A DNA stretch of 58,625 bases, counting the filler, from Bipalium vagum (lineage: Eukaryota): the NCBI GenBank assembly GCA_037834085.1. It is 3 parts of 3 records of this genome, joined end to end, with 100 filler letters (N's around TTAATTAATTAA, not from the genome) between each part and the next. Parts side by side here need not be neighbours in the genome. Positions count along the whole stretch, not along the records: positions 1 to 21,299 come from JBBMKC010239317.1; 2 more parts are not named here. One strand, 5' to 3'. The notes under the pieces were generated by a model, which saw nothing but the letters and a program-made list of their open reading frames with translations, did not search any database and was not told the DNA's origin. Positions 1 through 15,900 of this stretch are shown here, one piece after another. Made by a program: the position numbers and the translations under genes. How positions within the stretch are numbered: the stretch's first letter is position 1; every line of letters begins with the position of its first letter.

Positions 1-564
1 TTATTATTATTCTCGTAATTACCAAATGATACTGATTCTATTCTCAAGTTCTTCCTGCCGAATAAGTACTATATTATTTTTATGCCTCTTTCTTAATCAA
101 ATTAACAGTGATCACATATATGATTACGGAAAATATTACTGTAAAATATTATTATCAGTATCCAGAGCTATATGCTTCGGTCTGAAAAAATTATTTTTCC
201 CAAAATTGTTTCCTGGTTAAATAAAATTCAATAAAATATTTTCGCTGAAAATAAATTGGATATTAACTTTTCTGATTTTAGATCACTCCACTGACAATAT
301 CACAATATGAGAATAAATTGAATTTCTCCTCATTTAATTATATTTATCAACCACTGACATAATACCATGAATATGATTTGTTTTAATTGTTATTTCATTC
401 ACCGTGTCAAATGAATTGTAATAATATAATAAAAAATATAATTAGAATGATAAGATGGAACAATCATTAATATAATCAGATTAAAATTAATAAACCATTT
501 TAGAATGAAAATAGTTTCAATGAAAAGTAAAAATTTTATATTGAGATTGCCCCTATATATTTAG

Positions 565-872
565 AAAGTTCCTATGAAAGACTTCAGTGCCGAGGTCAGA
601 GCGTCGTTGGATATCGAAAAGTTTCTAAAGGAAGCTGTCCTCTTGCTTAACATGACTGGATCATCGTTAGAAGAAATAATTGATGTAATGCTGGTTACGG
701 TTTTAACCAACGAAGTAACCGAGGCTAAAGTCAGCCTTGAGACATTAGTGGAAGAAGCAAAGAAAACATTGTTTATCCAGTCCTCCTACTTGGCCTACAC
801 ATGTAAGCATCCCGTAATACATATATTTATATTTATGATAAAGAATACGAATTTATTCACAGGAATATAAAA

Positions 873-953
<81 letters not shown>

Positions 954-3900
954 AACTATAATAAACTATTTCCATAATATTTTGTGGATTATTATTTTGA
1001 ATTAATTGTAACAATTTTCCACATAAATTAATTAAAATTCTAAAGTTTCAGATTTTTTGATTTTTTGATAAATTATTGGTATAAAAACGCCTTAAATTTT
1101 CTATCCTCAGCTAATTTTGCGTTGTTATCAATAATCAGAAGAGGATGCCAATTTTTATGTTTTGAAATGGATTTTATTTATATTTTGTATTAATAGTTGA
1201 AGGATAGGGGAAAAAGTATCATTTTTCGTGGAAGGTGAATTTAAAAATCCCACTTGAATAAATCAATTAAAATCAATCTGAACTTTCTCTGCAGATATTC
1301 TACATTAAAAGAATTTTATATTATAATATAATATTTTAATTTATAATAAATTTTTAAAAAATATGAATTTATCACAATTTACCAACTGCAATTTTTTTAA
1401 TTAATTAATTTTCAGAAAATGAAAGAAAAATGATGTGGCGTTTTGTTTTTTAATAATTTTTGAAAATATTCTTCTCTTTCATAATGCAATATATATTGAG
1501 TTGTGCGGAAAGTGTTGCATTTTTTGATAAAAGCCAAAAAGTTTTGTGGTAAACATAAATTTTAATCAATTACATATTGACCGTTTTGGTCCAAACCCCT
1601 TTGCCATCTTTGGGGAAGTTGCAGAATTCCACATTCGTAGAAGGTTTGATCTTTACTTGCAAAATACTGATCCAAGTGATTTTTGACCTCCTTATAGTCA
1701 AATTGAACCATTTTTGATCATAATACATTCATTAATTACCTATAATTTCAGATCAACGTTTAGCCAAAACAATCAGGGGACTCAGCTTGTCTGACACGGA
1801 GGGCTTGATGACTGATCAATCGTGGTTATGTACAATGTAAATGTTTTTATTTAAATTCTTCCTTAATTAAATCTGTTTTTCTTCTTTTCTAAAGGTGCTC
1901 CCTTCATAACATTCATAAAAGACATGTTGCCATAGCGCGACTGAACAATCCAATGAATCTTGGAAGGAGCAACGAAGGCATTTATTTCATCATTTTGGTC
2001 ATTACCCCAACTAAAGAGGTGAATATTTTAAATCCTAAATCTTTAAAGAAAAGTTTAGATAAGAAAGAATCAATTAAAAATAACTAATTAATTAATTATT
2101 CCATAATTTAAAATTCTTTTTCTTAATTTTTATATTTTAAATACTTTATTTTTAATATTTTATATGAAGAAACTTTTGAATAATTTAAGAAATATTACTG
2201 TGCAATTTATTATAATTTTTTTATTTATAACAAATTTATAAAATAAAAAAATTCAATATTATTATTATTTATAAATATCAAAACTTGAAAAATAAAAAAA
2301 AATTAAGAAAATTTAATTTTAATTTTTGTCAATTTTATATTAAGAAAAGGTTTAACATTTAACTGCTAAAGTTCGGCACCGTTATCGAAATAAGACGAAT
2401 AAGTAAATTAAATGATGAAATTAAAAAAATGCACGAAAAGAAAAAGTTTCCAATAGATGACAAAATTATTCAAAAGATTAAGAGATTACAAGGGACGAAT
2501 ACCATAAATATATGTTATATTTAATAATTAAACAATATTTTTTAGTTATATTTGCAATAATTCAAAGTAACAATTTATTTTAAATATCTGAATATCGAAT
2601 GAAAGCTTATATACTTTTATAAGTTCAATTTGTTTAAATAAACGCTTTTAGAATGCGCAAAAAATGAAATTATTTTTCAGATATACTAATGTTTATATTA
2701 GATATACAGAAATCCATATGCGCGCATATGCTGATCAAGCTCCATAGTTTCAAAATGCAAATTCTGATTTACCTGATTTATATCAAGCGAATTCAATTTG
2801 AGCCCTTCTCAAACAGAAAAAAATTGGCTATGTACTAAATACATAATTCAACAATTTCCAGACAGCGTGTGCAATCAGTATTCGTTTAAGTATAGCTACA
2901 TCCTCACTTGTCTGGCAGAGAAAAAAAGTTTTGTGAAGAATTGTTAAGGGCGATGAAAAATGGATTTATTTCCATAATCCTAAACGATAGAGTTTATGTT
3001 TTGATCCAAGATAAATACCAATGCCACCACAAACCTCAATAATTATGATAAGAAAGTTATGCTTTGTATTTGGTGGAATATGGATGTCGTGTATCATAAA
3101 CTTATGAAATCGAAGGAAAATATTACGAGTGAACTTTAACATCAACTATAAAGGTCAAATAATGAATTGATTTAATCATTTATATATATAATATCCAGCA
3201 GTGGAAATGACAATCTTAGACCAATCATCAAGTGAACACTGTTAATCTTGCAATAAACTTAATAAGTCTTTCTGTACCAGCTTACTCTAGACATGGCTGC
3301 AGCAAATTTTTATTTATTCAGACCAATGATACATTCCCTGAAGATATGAAATTCAATTCGTACGATGCTCAATTTTTGGTTCCAAGAGAAAACTCATTGA
3401 ATTGACGCGAAATATGTATAATGCGCAAATTTATGGAAAAAAAAATTTAACAATGGAAAGTATTTAGACACATTTTATTGTGTGATATTTATCATAAAAT
3501 AAATATTAAGAGCAGTTTAAAATTAATGCACTCTCTTTATATATACATGCACATGTATGATATAAAATAAAAGTAAAAATATTATTACTATTATTATTAT
3601 TTGATGAGAAAATTCATTTAAATATTATAAGAGCATCTATGAACTGTCGAAGGTATGTTTTAGAAATACGTGTCTCTCAACTACAATATTTACTGAGGAT
3701 AGCTGTAGAAACGGTTAAAAAGTAAGTAAAACTTTTCAGGATAATATATATTATAGATATGCATCACATTTAGTAATATAACCAAAAATTTATAAGGAGA
3801 AAAATATTTTTCAAGTATTAGAATGTCCAGAGGCCTCAAAAAAAAAGTATTGAAAGCTGAATCAACAGAGGAATGATAGTGAGATTGAAAAAATGGAAAG

Positions 3901-6900
3901 CACTGTGGAAAAATATCTCCAATAAATAAATGTTTTGTCTGGAGATTTTTTCTTTTCAGAGCCAACGATGAACTAAATATTTCCCAATCGTCCTATGATT
4001 TGCGTGGAAAACTGAAATTATTAATTTCGCTCAATCTACCACAAGCTACCGTTAAGTCCAAACGGATTTTATTATATTGTTTGTACCCGTTTTAGCAGTT
4101 AACAGTTTTTGTTGAAGAGAAAACACTAAAATTTTATTTTGGACAAAAACCTAATTGATTCCTGGAAAATGTAGATCTAAGTTTTATGTTTCATCATTTT
4201 ATATATTTATTATGGCTAACATTAATGATCTTATTTAATTTAATATATTAAAATAATCAAAGAATTCTTGGTTTTGTTTAACTAATAGTTACGATACACT
4301 TCATTTTTAATTTAATTTTTAAATTCTTATATTGTGTTCCAGTGTTAAAAATTAATCAAACTTTGATTATTTCAAATTTTAAAGATTTATTTTACTAAAT
4401 TCTAATATGATATTTTGGAAAAAAATGTTTGAAAATAAAGTGGCAATTTATATTGATTTATTGAATAAACAATTTTTCTTTAAATAACGGTATATTTTTG
4501 TATGTTTTTGAAATAATAAATTTTTATTCAACAAATGAATTCTCTTGATTTTGCGGCTAACCAAATCAAATAATGGTAATATCATGGTATATACTGGCTA
4601 AAAAATGTTTCTCGAGAGCTCTTTCATTCTCGTATTATATTTTAAAATGAAAATGTTAATTTAATTATTTTATATTAATTATTTTTGCATAACATAAAAT
4701 TGACAGTAATTTATAAATTATGATTAAGTTAAATAATTAAATTATAAAATGACTAAATATCTAAAAATATAATAATAATACTTGTCAAACATGTTAGATT
4801 CTGACGTTTGCTTATTATAATTTGCTGTCAAGGCAGGACAATTTTAACAGAATTTAATTTTAAGTTAAATAACATTAATTAAAACAATACAAGATTTTAA
4901 TTTTAAAATAAAAGTTGAAACAAACTTCTAGAATACGTTTATAAATTTTTGAAATTAAGAAATTTAGGAAACACTAATTTATTTAAATTAACAAGTGTTT
5001 TGAGTCATTTATTAGTCAACTTTAATAATGATTCTTAGTTCTTTACAATTTTAAGGTCCTCGGGAATAATAATTTTAAAGGTTATTATATATGATAGTTT
5101 AGTAATTGTGTAATAGTAATTATATAACAGTTTAACCAAACTAAGTGGAGTTACATTATCGATCATAGGCTTAATGAACAGAACAATTTTTAATAAAATC
5201 CGATACCTTTCAAGTGCACACGGACTGCTCTGACTGCTGAGCTACATCTCCCGAATAATTTTCAATTTATCTCACACCAACAACACAATTGCTCAATAAA
5301 ACGTTCACAAACCAATCAATAATTTTTGATAAAAACAGATTAAATTAAATCAATATATTAGAGTTAACTGAAAAACTGAAAATATTAAAAATTAATAATA
5401 ATCACCTACAATGAAATGAACACAACACATAAAAGACATGATACCTTACTTCGTAACTCCGTTCAGATCTCCGAACTATTAGCTAAATTTTTATGGTTGT
5501 TCAGAAATAGTCATTTGTTATGAAATCCAAACACAATCTTGGCATAATCATAAATATAACGATACTTAGTTTCAATAGGTTCTCCGTCTTCGTCTAAAAT
5601 AAAACTCGAACTAATGTCTTAGCTAAATATCAACACTACTGTATTCGTTGAGCACTGCTGCAATGTTATCGAGAAATCCTTTTCCTTATAATATTTTTGG
5701 AATTATGGAATAATGCTCTTGATTGTAACAATTATTCTTGAAATGTTTTAAAATCACTTAACTTATTATAATAACCATTAATTTTCCCATAAATTTCTAT
5801 TACATATCTTCATCATTTGGATTATTTAATAATTGATGACAGATCGACAAACGAGATTCAGCTTGACTTGGTATCAAATCATGCGGTACTTCAGAAATGC
5901 GCTTGTTTCGCTTATTATGTAGATGTAGATGACGAACCACGGATGGTTGTGAAGTTCCGGTCTCAGCCGACAATCTACACGTACTATTTGATGAAATCAT
6001 TTTTACGACTTTGAGAATAGCTTCCGAATCTACAGTGGTGGGACGTCCACTGCGAATTAAATTATTGAGGTTCATATAACCCTTGTTGATTTTTTTGAAC
6101 CACTTTTGAGCAGTTCTTATGGACACTGATTTGTCGCTTTCAACTTCAAATATTTTCTTTAAAAAATCTATGTCTCTGAAATTCTGCATCCAGCATTGTT
6201 TCAGAAGTATACGGATTGCTAATTTATCCATGTTTTTTTCTGAATAAACATATATACAAACTACATATAACGTAATATAATTAAAAGTATCTTACGCCTC
6301 TCTTTTCAGCTTTCAAATGGTGTGCAACTTGTTAATATTTAAACAAATAATATATTGAAAATTTTCTTATAAAGTGTATATAGGAAAAATGCACGAACTT
6401 ATGAATCAACCCAATAATGTTAAAATATTTGAATATACAACCTGACGCTCACTTTTTCATCGGCAAATTTCTATTTTTACCTCATTACAAGCATGATTCT
6501 AACCTTAAACAAAATGATTGAAAAATGACTGCATATGTACACAATTAGATACCTGACAAAAAGTCTAACGAGAACCCCATTCAATTGAACCTTATCTTTA
6601 AATCCTTCGATTAATCAACCAGTCTCTGTCCAGCCTCTTTTTACAGTATGTGAATAGTACTCTGATACCTCATCTTGCTGTTAGCACATAAGATGCCTTG
6701 TTACTTTATACCATATAAATTAATTCAGGTCTTAATTTATAACTACTTTACTGTGATTTTTTGGACTGTTTTGATTACAACTAGATTATTTGCTCTGTAT
6801 TAAGTAAGTCAAAGATTATGCTCGCTTATATAAATGGTAAATTTAAATGAAAAATATTTTCAAAATTATTACTGTTTTGATAGTGTAATTTTCCATTGAT

Positions 6901-9900
6901 CTGACCTGAATATCTCATGAAATGAAAATTCAATTTATTGTGCAGATCAAAGTTGTTGTTTTAGTGACTATTTGTCAATAGCAAGGAAAATGCCTATAAA
7001 TCCATATTCAAGGGATATTTTCTGATTTCACCACAATAATTATGAAAGACGCAGATGTACATCAGTGATTGACAAAACATTACTGGAAGAAATGATAGCA
7101 GTGGATCCCTATTGACATCTGAAGAAATAACGAATATACATGACTGCATTTTAACATCATTTAAGAACTTCTTATATACGACTAGAATGTCACAAAAAGC
7201 AGATGCTCGGGTCCTGCAAGGATTGACAAAAAAGATTAAAGTAGTGGAAGTTTCTGCTTGCGAATCTTGATTCTGAAGAACAAAAATGAGTAACTTCTTA
7301 AACACATTTCGCAATACCAATAAATGAAAGCAAGGTTGTTATGTCACAACATTTCTTTATTTAATACAAACCTCGCTTATTCTGGGGAAAAAATCAAAAA
7401 GCGATTTCGTAACTTTTAATTCGTCACAATTAAATACATTGTGTTCATAGTATTGCTCGATTTTATTTTTAACTGCATATGAAAACCATCTACTATATTA
7501 ATATCTATTAAGTCAGCTTCCCTTGTCAGTTTAACTGATTGAATCTGATGCCTTTTTTAGAAAGATTGCAGCCACCCGGAAAATGCTTTGAAAATGAAAT
7601 GCTTTTTCAATTTTTTATGCTGAAACCATTTATATAAAGGGTGATTAATATCCTTACTGTTGTACAAATTGGTTTCCTTTTACAAACTAGATTATTTAAA
7701 TTCCATATATACCTTTTTTTCTACCTTAATTCCTACCTTAATAATTGAATTGATACATCTCAAGAAGTATTTTTATTCTTCAGCTAGGTTTCTTTGTAGA
7801 GTCTTCCACTCACGATATTTAATAATTATTGCTTTTTTAATGTCAATAGTCGTCTGGTTGTCCTCCTTTTTACTATTTCCCATCATATGGAAAATGTTCA
7901 AGTTATATAACTTTTTAAAATAAATTTTAAAACTTTTTATATAGGAATTACAAATAATTTTAAAAATCTTAATGTTCTTGTTCAAAGTTACAATTTTCAA
8001 AGATACAGAATTTATAGAAATTTAGATCAGTATTCAAAAAAATCATTTTCATGTTAAATAGTATTCAAGTTAAGCAGGCTCAGATTTATTTGAAATCAAT
8101 TATCTATCAACTTTGATGTAAATACATCTTTTGAAAAATCCATATCATTAAGTATGAAACATGATTTGTGAACAAAATTTTAAGTTTATCTATATTAAAA
8201 ATGTTACATAATTTTCCATAAAGATATTTTTTTTAATTTATTGTTAAATTTAATCAGTGCACATGATTGAGCCAAATCTCAACGGAAGTAATGATTTTTC
8301 TATAATTAACTTGATAGTAGAACGAAAATTATTTTTTAATAAATACTTAAAATCTTTCAATAATAAATAACATAGTTATATTAGGTCATAAATTCATTTC
8401 TCTACCATTCAGCTACACGGATGATTATTTTATATATTATTAATTAATATTTATTATGCAATGAAAAATAGTTAAAATTAAATATATTAATAAAATGATT
8501 TTTTGATATTTTGATTTATTAGGAAATAGAAATGGGAAGAGATAACGGTTATAGTACTAGACAAATAATTTAATTAACTTCGTCTTTTCAGTCGGACCTC
8601 TACTCGGAGAAAAATAACGAAATTTAAATATCCTCTTCAAGCGAAAGAAATATTTCTTAAAATATATTCTAATTAATGTTGGCAATAAAATATAAATTTG
8701 TCAATATCGTAAATTAGGAAAATTGAAATTTTAAGTTTCATCTGAAAATTCATTGTTGGAATTTTTTGTTTAAATGTTAATGATGTTTTATGATTATTTC
8801 TAGATTATGTGAAACATTTTCTTTGACATACTGAATGTCAAAACATGGAGAAATCAATGTTATTTTTCATATAAACTAACAGTTAAATGATGCTGGGAAT
8901 TGTTTTCACCTCTCTTGTACTTTTTCTGTTTATAGTGGAAAAAAGATCAATTTTATATACAAGACTTCAATATATAAAGAAAAATCACAATCAATATAAA
9001 AAAAATCAATTAAATATTAAAAAATATAATTATTATTATTATTTTTGCTAAAGAAATTATGTTATTATACGAGAATATTTTATTTAACTTAAAAATTTTG
9101 CGTTACTTTTGACACCATGTATTAGTCAATGAAAAATACTATTTTCAACTGAAAGCTTTTTACTATTAAGGTCATTTTTATCTTATGAAGATTCATTCCC
9201 ATAATAAAATTTTTCAGTTTTTCCAGAAATTATTTATTTATTTCTCAGATATAATTTTAATAATAATTTTCAAAAATAATTTTACATTTTTGCCAGGTTT
9301 AACTTGAAAATTTAACAACATTTGGTTCTTAAATTAGAATTGCGCGTTTTCAAGACTAAGTTAGCTTGGGATTTATTAGCCACATCTATTTATTTTGTCA
9401 ATTCAAGGTAGATGATTTGCCAGGCGTCTGTATTTGAACTTCTAAGCAAGTTGCAGAGTTTTTTGTCAAAGATCTGTCTCAGTGACTTCTTTTAAGTCAT
9501 TATCATCTACCTTTTGAAGACGTTGTCTATGCTGACCATCTTTCATATTTACATTTCTGTCTTTAAATGGTTGAAACCATCTCTTACAATCACTATTAAT
9601 AACAGTATCACCAAACAAATTGCATATTGTACAGTATGGTTTTGCATAACTTTTCCTTGTTTGAAATTAACCACATATAAATGCAATTTTTATATTTTGG
9701 TCAACCACATTTTTAAGTGTATTTTCCGAAAAAAATAACTAAAATAAAAGATAATATTAAAAAAATTATTATAAAACAAATATTTAAAATGCGCGGTTTT
9801 TGTTGGTTTATGCAATAATAAACGTTATTCATTAAAACTCACATTTCTAAATTAAAAACACAATATTTGTCTTTTAATTTGGATAATAATTCATGATTAA

Positions 9901-12900
9901 ACTTTTTTCACGTATAATGTCAACAGACCTCAAAGCTTCTTTTTTTAGGAATATTAAAAAAATTATAAAAAAGAACCATGTTTAAATAAGAAATAAAAAT
10001 ATTAATTAATAAAAAGAATTACCAAACTTATTTAGAAAAACTGGAGAGAGGTAATTTCACCTTAACTTGCTAATTTATTTTGAGAAAAATTTTATCAATT
10101 AAATCATTTTCTGCACTTTTATAAATTTTCCTTTTTATTTTATGCAAATAAAATTTTTTTTTCGCTAAAATTGCAAAAGTAACTTGAGTACCATGTGGAT
10201 TCTATTACTCTTAAAAATGATTTATTTCTAAAACATTTCTCAGGTTTATGTAGAACAATTTTTATTTCTTTTAATTCAGGTTTAATTTTTTTTATTTATT
10301 TCTTTTTTAAAATCAAATTTTCGGATAAAAACTTTTAGAAAGGAACAAAAAGTGATATTGAACTGGCACGAACTTTCTCAACGATTTTTGCCGATATTGA
10401 GTTCCGACAGCAACTCTTGTTTTCGGAATCTGTGGAGCAGTTCAAGGAATTATTACAATACCATTCAGGAGATTTAATGGAGGATCAAGCCATGAACCGT
10501 CGAAAAAGTTTAAAAATCCAAGAAGTTATGAACCAAGCATTTCACTTTGTAAGCAGAAAGTATAAATATAAATAAAATAAATTTATTCAACAATTCTTAT
10601 GATAATAATATTTGTTTAAATTATTAAAAAGTTATATTATACTTAATTTTGTAGAAGGGTATCCTTTCAAAGCCTGGGACCTTAATCTGCTTTAGAAAGC
10701 TTGTAAAAATTATTTTTACCATTTATTTCATCATAAACAGTTTTATTCGTAACGCTTCGAAGGGAACGTTAGATTATTTTTTCTCTCAGGTTCTTAATAA
10801 ATATTATAAGACTTATAAGACTCCAGAAGAAGTATTTGTGACAAATGTGTAGATGGATATATAATAAGCACAAGTTCTAAAATGGGTCACAAATATATTA
10901 AGCGAAGTGAAAAAAATATTAAGACACGAATAGGAGCCTCAGCAAGGTATTTCATCTCATAAAATTTTATGTTCATTATAATTCAGACCCTTATAAATTT
11001 TAAATAAAACAACCAATTTAACCGAACATCAATAAATGGAAAAAGTAAAGGACAATTTGTAGTAAAGAAAGATTAGGCCTGCTGATCTTAGAAATTATCA
11101 TTATTGAATCATGGGTTATGTTGATATGATACTTAGACATTGGTAATGGGATGTCTCCAGAAGCTTGGAGAAATATCAGGGATAGGTTTTATGATAGATT
11201 ATAAATGAAAATATATGCATCATTTGTTCATGACCGAACAAAATTTTCAAAATTTGCTAAGTAAATCTGCAGCTTTTCAGTTTATATAGTTACGGGCAAA
11301 ATCTCGTATCATACATCTTAAATTACGATTAGTTTTCGGATATCTTTTCTTCAACTTTTCCTTTTCCTTCAACAGTTATCTTATTAATTCTGTATTCTTT
11401 TCATTTTTTACCTTGAATGGCGATCTATGAGTTCTGATATGAATATTCAAGAGAATGTATGGAAAATAAAATCTGACTTAGCTTATGATAAAACATTCAT
11501 TTTGCCGATTTATTGCGAATGGCAGTTGCCATGATAAGGTTTTTTATTGTAGTTTATATGTACAATCAAAGGGAATTATGATAATAATTCTAGACTATTC
11601 CAGTTAATTGATACCAAAGGACAATATATTTCATACTAACATTTAAAAGTGTTATGGATAATAAGATATAATGGTCGAAAAAGTTTCTCACATTTTTGAA
11701 TATTTAAAATTTTTTAAATTTATTCAAAATAAATGTGTTCATTTTCAAATCTTAATATAATTATTTATTTTTGCTTATTTGTACAATTTATGGCAATAGC
11801 TTAAAAATATTCGAGTTTAATAACTTTGATAAAAATTTATGGTCAAAAAATGTCACATTGGAAAATATCATAAGACTAATCTTCGCTTTCAACGTCCAAT
11901 ACTTTAAATTGACAGTAAATCTGGGCTATGTTTATATCAAATAATTTTATTAAATAGATATTGTTTTACTTAGCTAATTGTTAGGTCATTTCAATTTTGA
12001 ATGTTTCATTAATCGATAAAAGATATTGGATCATTATTTTTGACCAAAATGACTATCTAGTGTCATTTCTGACTGGTCAAATACACCAAGTATTTTATTT
12101 GACAAGAGCTCACACCCAAAGAATTGAGTCTGTTTGGGGAAAACTGGCGACTAAGCTCGTGGCAATGGAGAGAGTCTATTGTGATGTCTTGTATATATAT
12201 ATATATATATATATTGATAAATTAACTCGAAGAATTACCGCGAATTAAATTTATAACAAATCTGTGTTTCTTATTTTTTTAAAATTAAAACAATGTGAGG
12301 AAGTTTTTTTATCGGTCTATTTAATCAGGTATTTATTTTGACTGTATCTGTGATACAAAACATGATTCAAGATCTTTTGATTATATTATTTTTAATTTTT
12401 CTGAACTTAATGGAGCACTATATATTAAATGTTACAAATCAAAATATAAACAGATTTTCTATTTTGCTGAATGTCCTTTAATTTATTAAAATTGGTATTT
12501 TTTTTATTTTAGGAAAAGAAATTATTTATTGGCAGTGGAATTATTTCTGATTTGAAAAAACGTATTCCAGTTTATTTCATGGATTTCCGAGATGGTAATT
12601 TAATTTGAATATTGATATTAACCTTTTTTCATTATTTTTACTTTCTCTTTTTTTTAATTTTTTAACTGTTAAAAAATTATTAGTTAGTATAAATTTTTTA
12701 AAAAACATTTGCTTTATTAATTAAAATTTGTTAAGAATACAGTTTCAAAAAAATATCTTCAATTTTTCTGATTTTACGGATAATTTTTGAGAAGAAACGG
12801 TTCAACCTATCATGGTGACCAAATTATTAAAGATACGTGTATACGTGATTCTTTTCCGGAAAAGATGATGTAGAAAAGGTTATTAGAAATTGCAATCGAT

Positions 12901-15900
12901 ACTTCAGGATAATGTAGATTGAGAAAATTCAAAAGGAAAATTTGAATAAGAATGTTTCTTATTTAGATGTGGAATAAACCTAACTAAAACTAGAGTCAAC
13001 ATCTTTATTCTTGAAAAATCAATGCGCTTTACCTTTGAACTACAAAACAAGTTTTTAATTAAATTTCCAAAAAGTGAATTTCAGACATGATGTTTTAAAA
13101 AGGTAGAAGTTCTGATGAAAATGATATTAGCACAGAAAATTTTGGAGAAATTATTTTTTATATTTTCTGGAAAATAACGTGCACCTAACAGTAAACGCGC
13201 CAGCCATTTGAATAAACCGTCGTCAACGCTAACAAAAAACAGGCACCTAATAGATAAAGTGCTGATTGGGTAATCATTTTAAACTATAACTAGAAAAGAA
13301 ATAAATTGAATAAAATAGAACATTACGATATAAGCATAGACATCAAGAAGCAAGTAAATAGAAAATCATATACTGCTGAATTTAAACTGAAATTTGTCGA
13401 ACATATGGAAGAACATGGAAATTGAGTAGCACCAAGAATAATCAATGTTGGAGAAACTTCGATTATAGAATGGCTTCGAGACAGAAATACCTTACAAAGA
13501 ATGCATAAGCGAAAGCGAGCATTGGGGTTTGATAAATGCATTTGGCTCAATTTAGAAAATGATTTTGTTCATTGGATAAATGAACAGCACACAAATGGCA
13601 TCGAAATATCAACGACACGGATTCAATTAAAGACAAAGGAAATTGTTAAAAGCTCTAAAATTGAAAATTTTGTATATCTTTCATGGTGTTTCAGATTCAT
13701 GAAAAAGAACAATTTATCTAATCGAATATCCACAAGTACTGGACAAAAGCTGCTGATTGACTGGGAAAACAAAATTAAAAATTTCCGGAAATATATACTT
13801 GACAATATGAATGGTGTTCAAGCTAAAATTTTGGAAATTTGGATGAAGTGCCAGTCAATTTTGATTTACCTGCTTCTCGAACTGTAAAGGACCAAAAGAT
13901 ATATGAATGTGATAACTAGGCACAAAAAACCTAATTTCACAGTTCTGTTAACTGTAACATCCGATGGCTCAAAGTTAACGCCAATGATAATTTTAAAAAG
14001 GAAAATTGTTTCCAAAAAATATATTAGAAAAAAATCATTGTTGCTGCAAACTTAAAAGAATGGATTAATCAAGATATGATGAAAATATGATTAGATGAAA
14101 TTTGGAGAAAGCAAAAACAATCATTATTTTGTCAAAAATCCATAATAATAATAATGGATTCCTGTCGATCACATATAACTGCTGAAATAAACAAGTTATT
14201 CACAAAGTATTCAAAATTGGCCATTATTCCAGGGGTTTGACTTAAAAGTTACAACCACTGGATTTGACTGTAAATAACTTATTCAAATCAAAATTACGAT
14301 CAATGTGGGTAGTATAGATGATTAGTGGAGTCCATAAATATATAAAATCATCTAAAATGAAAAGTACGTGGGTAAATGGATTGTGAGTGCTTTCGTAAAT
14401 GTTTGAAGCACGTGTATTATAATAGATTTAATAAGTGCTTAATTAATATTCCAATTACAGAATTTTTTTAAGTTCATGATGGCAATGAAGAGAAATGGTT
14501 CCCGAAGAAACTTTAAATATTATCGACTTTCTAAATTTGGAATCAGATGATGATTTTTCTGGTCTTGATTAAATAAATAATGCGATTTTTAACATATCTG
14601 TCGGTTTCAAATTATGTAATTTGAACTTAAATTTGTATGCATGTTAAGGCAGACAAGACGCATCTAACAGATAACGCAACTCAACATTTTAAAAACCATT
14701 TACGAAAAAAAGTTAAAGAACAATCAAAATAAAAGGATATTAAATGTACTCGGTATTAAGGAAACAATTAAAGAAAAGAGAAGATAAATTCACTAAAATC
14801 ATACAGTTAAAAAAAAGGATTTTCAATGTTTAATAATTTCGACAGTCATAAAATTTTGATTTTTTAATAAATCTTTTGAATCAGAATGATATGAACTAGG
14901 ACAAGTTGGTCTAGAAATAACATTTTTGAAACATTGAAGGGTTCGAATTTCTAATTGATTCTCGGCAATAAAGAGTTTTAATAGATAAAAGATCTAAGCT
15001 TAAACGTTGATCACTATTGCTGTTCATTGAGGCAATTCTCACCAGCAATTCTTAATAATAATTCTTTGGTGAATCTTGGCATCCGTCAACAATTATTTTA
15101 ATTATTAATGTCAACTAATAAATAATATTTGGATTACAAATGCTTTTCATTAATTTTAAAATTATCTGTCAAAAACTAACTATATCTACTTTAAAATATT
15201 ATTTTTGTTTTAATGCAACATTTTAATTAATATTTTAAATAAATAATGGTTTAATCGTTTTGAATTTGATTAATAATTAATTTAAAAGTAATTTAATTTT
15301 AATTTAATTTAATTTAAATTAAAATTTTTAGAACAAAGGATTATTTTGAAATTGTATCTATAACTGTTTTTTATAAATAAATAATGTAATTCAAATGACA
15401 TTATTTTTAAATTTCTTTTACAAGGTGCGATAAAAGTAACGATCTTTTTTATATAGTTATATTTTTCGTACAAGAAACTATTTATAATAGTTGAAAACCA
15501 TTAAAAAATGGTTTATTAATAAATTTATTCCAACGATGTTCAAGTCTTTCAACCCCATTAACGTATTATGATTTATCAATATCATAGTTTCCCATTGAAC
15601 TTACTGATTTGATTTGAATCGTTTTCCATAAGCCATTTTCAAGTTTGGAAACAAGAAATTACTTTATGAATTTTTTCACTAACTTCATCAATTTTTTCTG
15701 TGCACGGTCTTCCCGAACGTTCATCATCTTCAATTCGTGTGGTACCACACTTAAATTCAATTTCCCATTTTTTAATTTTTGAAAAGATGGAGGCTCCCCA
15801 ATCCATATCTTTTTTGTGATCATCATAACACAATGTTCTATTTTATGGATTTTTTGAAGAAATCCGTTAATTGTTCAATTCAAACAATTGTTACAACAGA